A DNA stretch of 64,000 bases from the NCBI RefSeq assembly GCF_000150275.1, contig NW_002060953.1, positions 2,258,719 through 2,322,718 of the forward strand, written 5' to 3'. A program made the translations under genes and the position numbers. Of the stretch, positions 53,660 to 64,000 are shown piece after piece (position 1 is the first letter of the stretch; the number at the start of each line of letters is the position of its first letter). The notes under the pieces are model-generated. The model worked only from the letters and a program-made list of their open reading frames with translations, was not told the DNA's origin and made no database searches. The stretch is from Trichoplax adhaerens (Eukaryota; Animalia; Placozoa).

Positions 53660-56600
53660 AAAGCTACGGTAACAATGTAAATGGAGCATGGTCGCCAAAT
53701 ACAACCACAGCTATTGGTGATTCATCTGACGTCGGTAATTCATCTTTATCAATTCATCACCAAGATACTTTAATCCAATAACCAACGAACTTTCTTAATT
53801 TATTATAATATAAACAACTGTACAATAATATTTAAATCTTGTATGAAGATAAATTCGTTTAGAATTACCTTCCAATATTTCAATTGAAGACATTATAATT
53901 CATTGGATTAAAGTAAGAATAGCGCGTTGATTGACATCATTTTCAATAATATCGAATTTCTATATTTCCATACCAGAATTTATCAATATTGTGTGAAGTT
54001 GTTGGGATATGAGTATATTACCATAGCATAACTAGGAACTCGTTGCATGTGCTTCGTAAGTATCTTGTATGTGTCTTCAAAGTTGCTCAAGCCAGTGAAT
54101 TTGTCTATTCCAGCTGTATAAGTCATAAATTAATATAATTGATTTAATTATATCTTATACTTACTTAAAATCTTGCTATCTAATTATAATTATTGATAGA
54201 CTGACGAGTTCTTTGCAGTTATTGGTAACATAAACCAATCCATTGGTAATCAAAAGATACTATTTAAAATATTTGGATAAGAAAATATACCTGTCATTAA
54301 CAACTTTTAAGTTGAGACTATAATAGTTTAGTAAGCGAATAAGACAGCAATGTTACCTGCAACTCCTTCATGAAGTTATGATTTAGTAAAATTTGATCAT
54401 AATCTATCTAATATAGCATCCTAATCAGATCTAATCTACTGTATGTATAATTTTTTTACTTCTAATAGCATTTATTGGGCTTTAGCCTGAGTTTTGATAA
54501 CTAATATGATATCATGCATTCAAATGCCCAATTCCTATGAGGTTCAAATTAGGAAGTAATTTTTCATGGATGTACATTTTCCCCAGGAAAAACTCGACCT
54601 GTCAAAATAATGTAAAAATGTTAAAATTGGGAAATATAGTGCGCTTACTATACACTTTTTACAGGCAAAATCCTAATCTGTGTTCAAAATATTGTAACAA
54701 GTCTAAGTTAGCTAGAACAGTATTGTTCACGCCTTATACATTTTTAAAGATGAAACCTGTGATAAAATCTGATTACAAATATTAAAAATTTATTAGATCT
54801 AATACAAAGATTAGCTACACGCAACTCCATTCTGGCCGAATACAACTGCTGAATGACTTCTAGAAAGAACAATCAGATAATCTAATGTCGCTTCCTTTTA
54901 TACTTGCCGTAGCCTTCACAGCTACAGTCATTAATCCAATCAAGTATAGAAACGATTACAGTAATTGCGTAGACATTATTCGATACCACTCAAAGTACAA
55001 TGAACTAACCATATCCTAATATATGATTTACAGTTCCATTTTTATCTCTAACCCTAATAGTAGCTCAACATCCTACCGTATATTGTCACCTGTGCTCTAG
55101 CATAGAGTCTACCATAACAGTCTATAATTATGGGCCACTAAATATATCTTAAGATAAACATAGAAACGATACTACCCTACATCGTACTACACATGGCCAA
55201 TAGTCCACAATCACAATACTTAGTTACTTTACAAAACCCTATCCTGTATACAGGTGAGATCGAATCGTCTTTAAGAATTACAAAATATCTACAGTAGATA
55301 TGAATTCACTATTTCTAAGGGATAGAATCCTATTCCTTTATTTTCATTACTACCAAGTAGTTCAAATGAAAAGCAGTTTTGAAATATAAAATCCAAATCA
55401 ATGGCAATCAAATGCAATAGAGCTATGGAATTAAATATTCGTAGACCTGGAATTTATCACTTTATGGTTTCTTCATTCAATTTTAATTTTGAAGTAGGAT
55501 TATCAATCAGGATTAATGATAACTTATATTATATTTATGGCTTACAATTCATTAGAATAACGTTAATCTGATACTGCTATTACATCACTGCTTAAGCATG
55601 GGATCCTTCATTAGGGGCGAAGAAATTTACAAATATTTTTCATCGGATCTGAATTTGCGTTACTTTCATGCACATTTTGGTAAAGATATACCAGAAAATT
55701 ATCAAGCCGATTACTATTGATATGGTTGAATCTCATTCCTAATTCGTTGACACTTGAACAACTTAAACATTGCAATTTTAAGCATTGTTATTAATAAATA
55801 GAAATCTATTTATAGTTGAAAATTTTCGCCGAAAACTAGCTAAATTTATCTCTTGTCATAATCCGTATAATTTATTAATCGAAAATTTTTGTATCATCGT
55901 ATGATTTTGGATCCTCTCATATAATGTATATGCTTAATATTTAAAATTACAATTATGCCTCTCAAAAGTTGTAGGCTTTATATCCGATGATAATACGTAC
56001 AAAGGATTGCTATCTGTAGCAAAACCTAAAACAAAGCAATCTTAAAATTAAGAATATATCGTTAGAAGAAATAAGGTAAGAGTAGCCAATAATGATATGC
56101 CTGAGTATTAACAAAGCAATCGTAATTATCACTTTATTGTATGAGAATTCCTCAATAATCTATTATTTTATTCGTTCAAATGTATTAAATTCGTACAATT
56201 TCTTTTAAATGGTGATAAAAATTGCTTATTTAGACAACAGGAAGCAGACGATATAAAAATTTTATGCATGAGAAAATTTGAAAAGATTGAATAGAAAATA
56301 ATTTAAATTCAGCTTTATATAGCTATGTCTTTTATCATATAGCTAAAGAAATTACCGTAGTACTACAATAAGAATCAACGGTATTGCACTGCCACCCACA
56401 ATTATATATATATTCTAACTGTGGCGACGATACACCAGAGATAATTCTATGTCTTTTTCTACCTTGAACTACTTATCAAGATTAATTCCCCGTGACAACC
56501 GTGAATATTTTCCTGAAGTTTCCCCTGCTAAAACGACATAGACCTACTTTAGCGTAAATAATAAAATAACGAATTCTCTTTACATTAAAAGTAAGTCGCT

Positions 56601-59600
56601 TATATACCTTCAATCTAAATTCGCGATCAGCTAATAAATGATGTGGCTTTAGAATATTCTTAGACCTAAGTTTATATCACTTTATGCTCTATTTTAAAAT
56701 ACGTTGGATCATGCATGTAACACAAGGCAACCATTATTAGAACACGAGCTAACCTTTGAGCTCTCTTATAAATTGGATATCTAACTAATTTACTTGTCCT
56801 ACTGTAAAATAAATTAGTTATAAAATCTATAACCTAAGCATAAGCTATCAACTTTATAGCGATCAATATAAGGTATTTATTCCTAACGGTGGTCTTTAAT
56901 ACCGTAACGCGCACCAATGGTTATTAAAGTCTAGGAATATAGAAGGTTCGCTTCGCTCTAGATTTATCAAGAAAGGCATTGCAAGGTTCAAGTACTATCA
57001 CTGCTTCAATGGTTAACCATTTGGTAAACTTTCGTTGTATGAAGGTGTTTTAATCTATCCACTACAAAAATGATTTCTCTTATCATGGTGATGATATCAA
57101 AAGGAGCGATCATATAGTACATTTAGATTTAAACAAAAGTATGCTATAAATTTCCACCCCCTTTCGCCATTCTTTGGTCTGACATTCGATATTGAAAGTG
57201 TTGCTTTTAGTTTATAGACTTTAGTATGTCAAGGACTTAAGCTGCGAGAGATTGATACGTGAGGCAATTTTAGTCCATTTATCAGTAGAATTATCATTTA
57301 TATATTACATAACAATGTTGAATCTCTAGCTTATGATGAAAACTCTCGAATAGGAATAGGATCATAACTGCATACTTAATTAACGTATGTCTGTCACATA
57401 TTTTGTCAATCAGACTCCTAAAATGCAAAAGGGCTATCATTTATTTATGATATTTAGTCGCCATCCGTACTTTCTATAAAAATTCCTATCTCAATAGTGC
57501 TTTGCAGCTACATTTTTCACTTTGGATGGCTTTTTTTACCGTTTAACTAAATCAAAAGTCCTGTGTCTTTGTACACTACCCTTTCTTAATTATAATAAAA
57601 ATTCAGGTAAGGTATTTTCATTTATTAAAACTAAATAAAGCAATTGTCTAAGCCTGATATGCGAATGGGCAACGCTATATATCAAGTAAATCTAATTTAC
57701 TACACTTCAATAGTTTAACGTTAGTTCCTATTCATAAATACGTAAATTAAAAGCCACTATTGAAGACAGAAAAAATTGAGCTGTCTAACGGAAAACCTTG
57801 GCCTAAAGTCTTTTTGGAGGAGATTTCAAAAATTATAGTTGTTCAATAATTTGTTCAATTTTTCAAATACGCTGGAAGGAGACTGCACCCTGAATATGAA
57901 AGTAGGTATGTATCACATGTTATGGCAACAAGAAAAAAACTAAGAATTGATTAGCTGAATTAAATCTGGTGAATGAGGAATTAATCTAGATAAACAAAAG
58001 TAGTCAGGACGATTTACACTAGAGCTCTATATCATTCCTCGTTTGGGGAGATTTGGGATATTTATTCTTGGAGACTAATGGTCTGCAACTTAATTAATAT
58101 CACAAGATATTACAATTAAATCCTTCCTTCTAAAATATAATTAACGGCTGAATTATTACAATAGTATTAAAATTACTAAGTATACAATGCATTAGTAAAT
58201 AATTTATAAGCAAGCATAGCAATTTACAGCAATGTAATAATTCTGTATTTCAGATTAAGCAAATTGACTAATGTAATTTAGTCAAAGCTATAGCTACTAT
58301 AATAAAACGGAATTATTCATAGCTATAATGATGTCTGCGATCGAATTAACTCAATGTAAGGCGATATAATATAGACCATGTACCTGGTAACGATAGAAAA
58401 GTAATCACCATATACCAAAACTTAGACTAAATTCCTCACTTAATTTTTACGTAATAACTATTAAAAAAGAAATTTCTCTATCTAGCCTTGAGTATTCTAA
58501 AATTGTAACGCTTAGGTCTTATAATTATGAAATTATCTAAAGTTGCAGCTACGCACATACTTACGTATTCTATTTTACACCAACAAACGATACTCACAAT
58601 ACTTAAATTAAGAGAAAAAATTTTTTGCATTTCCGTTAGAAACTTTATCATAGATTATTATGTTTAACTATAAATTTGTTCAAGGTACAACATTATTTCT
58701 GAATCCAATGCCTAAAATTCCAAGTAAATATTCACAATCTACCTTGCAAGTTTGCAAATTAATTCTTGACAAGTAATTAACTTTCAGTTTTGAAATTCAT
58801 CTCTATTATTCATGAAGGATAACTCAAGCAGAAGCTTTAAACACATTAAGTGATAAAATGTTAACATTTCCTTCTCAAGTTAGTGAAACTAGATATCTAT
58901 TATATTTTTAATGGTAAGTATTGGTAATATAGATTAAATATTGGCGAGAGTTATTATGAGGACAATTTTAAAATTTTTACAGCTTCATTTTTATCCGACG
59001 CAGCAAATAAAATGTGTACGATTTTGTACATCAATACTTGTATTAAGAAGATGATTATATGCAATCAAGTAATTTATAATCCATTTTTTCTTTTATGGAT
59101 GGATTAGATAATGAAACCAAGAAAATGGCTTTATAGCAAAGATGTAATATAGATAATAATCATTAGTCCTTATTATACAGCATTTGGAATCATTTTACCT
59201 ATATAATTAAACTAGATCAGGTTGTAATCTCTGTAAATGTTCATATTTTCAATCAAGGTATGAGACAGGTAAAGTTTAGCTTTCGCATCATATACAGTAC
59301 TAGAAATCTTACATCGCCAGTAGAGTAGCATTTAAGTTGAATAATTATAAAACCCTGCTAAGAAGCTGCGCCATATTCTTAACTTGATTGATCTATGATA
59401 ATACAGTAAGGTAAAATCTTGTCTATGAAAAGACTTTAAAATTTTATATTACTCTTTGTTTCACTTAAATCTTATATGGCAATGGCTGGTAGCTAAATCG
59501 CAAATACGTTGGCCACTTCATATCAATCTTTGTTCTAAACTGAGTGCAGATATTTAATTTACGAGCCGTAATTCATACATATCAAATGCTTCTAAAGTCA

Positions 59601-60248
59601 TTCTTAGAATAATTCAATGGCTGAATGGCATTTTGTGGCTTAACTAAGAGAAGATTAACTGTTCTTAACACAAAAGTAAATATTTCATTCATTCTATGTT
59701 AGTAACTAATTTACCAGTCAGATGTAAATATTTCTAACTGAAACTCAAGATTGAATTGAGATTTTTATCTTAATAATGTTCTCAGTAATCGATATATGGT
59801 AACTCAAACTCTATAAATTTAAACGACACCACAGTTAATAGTTTTATTTTTATATCATTCTAATGTAGAAGCAATCGTTTTTCGTAGAATGCAACTTATT
59901 AAAACTTCATTTTCAAAACGGTATGCAATTTCAAACGATCCCACGCTCTTTTCGGTACTTATTAATTTATATTTGTACGAACATTAGATTTAAGAATGGG
60001 CATGGCAATTTTATTGCCTCAGTACGATATCGAAGATTTAAAATTTTAACAGATTTTAAAACTCAATAGTCATTTAATGCATATATTATCATATTCCATA
60101 CTAGTTGGAGTATAATAAAAGTCTAGCTGTTACAGAATGCGTTAAAAGATGATCAGCGAAGCATCAAGTCCATTTTTAGCTCGACAGTAAGTAATCATTA
60201 TAGTACTGATACAAATACGACAGGAAATGATATTAACATTAACATTAG

Positions 60249-63200
60249 TTAAAACACTTTAGATGGGCTAGCAGGTATCGGAGATCGCTTATCATCCGAT
60301 ATCACGCTTCTATCATTTAAGTGCATAATACTCCAACAACATCTTTGATAATAGTTACGTTTAATATTTTTAGATAAAAATAAGATAGGATTAACAATGC
60401 AAGTAATAAAGGTTGTCGATTTCAAGCAATATTTAATTTTAGCAGTAATGAGCATAGAATTAATCATTTCCAGAAAATGGACTAAAATGTACGGCGTATA
60501 GGCTAAGAGAAAGGTAAAGAAAACACCGAATAATGTTATACTAAGTGAAATCTCCTGTTTTAGATTTTTACGAATAGGACGATCCGTTTTAGAGGATAAT
60601 GCTCGTTCCGATCGAAAATCCAGCACACGACGATGACTACGGCGGACTACATTAATGATCTGAACATAGCAATATCCAATAATAATGATAGGAATTGCAT
60701 AAAATAATGAACTAAGGAGCAATAGATAAACCAACTTTGATGGCTGATGAAATTTAAAATTAAGTAAGCATGTTCCCGGCGGAATATAGTATGTTAATTT
60801 ACTCCAAAATCCAATGATTGGTGGGAAACTCATAGCGCAAGATAAAACCCATGTTATAATTATGCTCACCACAATTGATTTCATATCCAACCATTTTTTA
60901 CCAGCATTCGGATATCGGATAGCAATAAAGCGCGTTACTGCCATCGTTGTCATTGTTAAGACATCTTCTAAAGCAAATAATATCATTAAGCCATAGACTA
61001 AGCGACATTGAAATGAATTGGACGTAAAAATTGGCTTTACTCTTGTTGGCCATACTACTCCAAGCATTTGTCCACCACTAAAATCGAAACAAGCATGTCA
61101 TAATTATTTTGAGCTTGTAACAAATCTACTTATCTCAATATTGACTTGTTTGCATTGAAAGGAAACCAGTCAAACGATAAGAAAATTAAGCATGGAATGA
61201 AAGGAAAATTAAATATAAATAAAATATAGTACGGTGCATATGGGTAACGCTATTTGAATATATATTTATATATTTATCTTTGAATGGTGATGTGAATGAA
61301 AATGGTAATGTGCTTTCTTCGAAAATATTATTTATTGCCTCTTCGCAAATATATTACTATTCTGCGTAGTATCCCAGTACATTGAATTTACGGTTTTTCT
61401 GTAGGTTTACGTAAATACATGGTAAATTTATAAAAATTCGCAATTTATCTTATAGAGGAAACTATTTCCAATTCGTTCATTCCATTACTAACGTTTATTA
61501 ACGCAATGGATGATTTTTAAATTAGTTTAAAAAATACGATAGAAATGTATTAATGTGGGGAACATTGCTATAAACTGCAAAATAGGTATATTAATTTCGA
61601 AATCAATTTCATGAAGATTACTGTGGTTTAGGTAAGTTTTATGGTGCAACATTTCTGTCATAATATGGTTAAATAACCAAATATATAAATAACTTATTTC
61701 TAGGAAAATCGGTCTGTATGAAAAGTTGTTATCATTCCATGACATCCTTTCGAATACAAGAGTATTGAATTGGCTGAAGCTTTCTTTACGTAATTTTCTA
61801 AATTTTGGCTACTAAACAATGCCACCAATCTATACAGCTGCAAAAACAGGATTTAATTTCGGAAGTTATAAGCCACGATACTTCCCACACCAAGTTTTGA
61901 CGATGAAACTATTCAGTTTAATTCACCTACAACAATTCCTAATCTGCTTTGATTTGACTGAACTTTTAAGACCTAGTTATCAAGCTAGATTTTTCTTCGG
62001 CCAGTTTAAATAGGTTGCCAAAAGTAAATATGACTGTGAAGACGAAACAATTAAATCTTTTCCTATAAATTTGTATTCTCATCTATAATTAGCCGCATTA
62101 AATCAATACTTTGCAAGCGATCGCTATTTCAATTTAATGTTGTTCTGTCACTAAAAGATTACATTCGTAAATCCTTCTTGAATAAGATCTAATTTATGTC
62201 GTATTGTATATTGTCCATCGATTTGAAATACGAAAAATTCTACAAAATTTATGTTTTTGCCAGGCTAAGCATTAAAATTAATCCACTGACTGGCATAGAC
62301 ATGATATTAATGAAGTCTTTTAGAAACATTTTATAGAAAATTGCTCTATCATTCTGAATAGATATTATGTAGTTGCATTAAAGTCATAATAAATTATTGT
62401 CATAATTAATATGAGCTTACTAGGAATCAGTAATGTATCTAATATTTAGAAGTTTTATATCGAATAATGCTTTGGTTCAAGAGCCTAAAATAAAGTATTT
62501 CGATATGATAGCGCTACACGGTTATATATGACTCACTTGAATTATTTCGCTTACTTTACCTTCTACAATCTGCTAACGCTAAATTAATTTAATTTATTGC
62601 ATTAAAGCAACTGAACAACAATCTTATTATAAAGTAATCTTAATACAATACAGTATGTAATCTCTAAATAGAGTAATCCTGATAAGGATTATCTTGCTTA
62701 ACTTAATTATAGGCTCATAACGTATACAAAGAGCATCTCTGGAGTACCTATTGAAAATAAATTTATAATTAACATAGATTGGACAAATGTTTATAAACCA
62801 TTCTAAATCCTACGGAGGAGTCAATTTTATGGCCAGATCAATGTTTCTAAAATATTTTTTATACTAATTTTTAATATGCGAATAGTATTTATAAGCAGGC
62901 ATACTGTATTAATGAGGATACCAGACTGTAAGCCTATCAAATTTCTAGATAGGCTACCTATTTCGGAACGAATTGTGTTAATAGCATCAATGTCGCAAGC
63001 AATGAATTTCGATCTACAAATGCTACCTTCAATTCTTGACTGAATCCTGTATGTATTCGCTTTCTCTACTCCATTTGAATGAGTCATGAAGATGAGTAAA
63101 TCACCGATGGCATTAATAAAAACAATTGTAGCCTTTACTAATTCCTATAGATTTAATCGTTGCTTAGATCGAAATACTGATGGTCAAGTAAATTGAATGA

Positions 63201-63985
63201 ATTGTTACTTAACCTGAAATACAATTAAACAAAAATTCTCGTCACTCGATTTTATTTTTAAACGGTGAAATACTGATAGATATGATTCGTAAAGCTTTTA
63301 CTTGTAGCGCGATGACGATGCATCACGTTATAACAACAAGTAGACTTTTAATAAATGATGTGAATTCTCATACGAGTTGTAAATGTAGTGATTTAAATTT
63401 TTAGTCTTAATTGCATTAAAGTATAGGATGAAACGATAGATATAGGGATGTTTACGACTCAATCATTATCTATCTGCAATGGTTAGTAACGAAAAAGATG
63501 AAAGTCCAGTAAGTCTTTTGCAGGCTTAATTTACTTTGCCTACTTATTACACTATTTATTTTGGCAGCAGCATGAAAAATCGTAGAAATAAAAAGCCAAT
63601 ATAAACGCAGACTTATTAAACGATTTAATTCTATTAAACAGTGCTTTATCATCTATATGATTAAATTTACCCCTTCTTCTACCCAAACCACATATTCAAA
63701 TCGATGTAATGCAAGAAATAAGTTAGAACATTATCGATACACTGTCAATCTGTATTACCTGATTGCTAAGAAGCAGAAATCTGCGGTTGCCAAGTTAATA
63801 ACTTGAATGTCAGTAGGAGTTTTTTTCTTCCTTCGAAATAACTTGATGACGAGAGCAGAATTTAATGTTATTCCACTTACCAAGATAATAATTAAAGCAG
63901 TTGAAAGAACATAAGATTCTTCACGATTAAATAATTTTGCGGTGCGATTAGCAGACCAAGTTATATAAAAATACTGATCTGTCAT
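60249..63985 (-). CDS. Orphan rhodopsin-class (class A) GPCR, paralog 3; 2 coding exons, 351 aa
   Basis: Exon 1 63985-63759 (N-glyc NRT, GITLN, NLATADF, donor AG|GTAATA), 2.7-kb intron, exon 2 61077-60249 (acceptor gattttag). C...VTRF, TW...PP, ECL2 C, YAIP...CY, AYTPY, VNPILF. Confidence 0.9.
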
Positions 63986-64000
63986 TCTCCAATTTTAAAG

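Noticed and set aside
53860-54430. Minus-strand exon-like segments with donor/acceptor sites
   Set aside because: Multiple stops and frameshifts and no identifiable family; may be a dead gene but cannot be supported.
62827-63652. Short ORFs in the GPCR3 intron and other 60-90-aa intergenic ORFs
   Set aside because: I/L/K/N/Y-rich composition typical of random AT-rich frames; no motifs or splice support.

Overview
AT-rich eukaryotic (animal) genomic DNA with short GT-AG introns and three assembly gaps. The compact introns, tandem class A GPCRs and Apaf-1-like gene resemble a placozoan (Trichoplax-like) genome; this is an inference only. All gene models were spliced by hand. Left to right: (1) a frameshifted, intronless unknown coding region with N-terminal Asn-rich repeats; (2) a 589-bp solo LTR with a 5-bp target-site duplication; (3) a single-pass membrane/coiled-coil gene cut by a gap; (4) a VAT-1-like MDR oxidoreductase with 9 coding exons and a candidate extra upstream exon encoding a basic, mitochondrial-type leader; (5) a 165-bp x3 tandem repeat; (6) a 22-exon Apaf-1-like gene of about 1445 aa (death fold/CARD, NB-ARC, divergent beta-propeller) with LDD in place of the MHD motif, a probable GC-AG intron and an almost all phase-0, roughly one-exon-per-blade sensor region; (7) three paralogous two-exon orphan rhodopsin-class GPCRs sharing one intron position and non-canonical motifs (TRY/TRF, NPxxF, Lys7.39 in two); (8) a decayed Mutator (MULE) transposase with a SWIM finger, preceded by a decayed 9-aa repeat resembling SUMO-site/SIM arrays. 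Several weaker pseudogene relics are also reported. No rRNA, tRNA or CRISPR array was seen.
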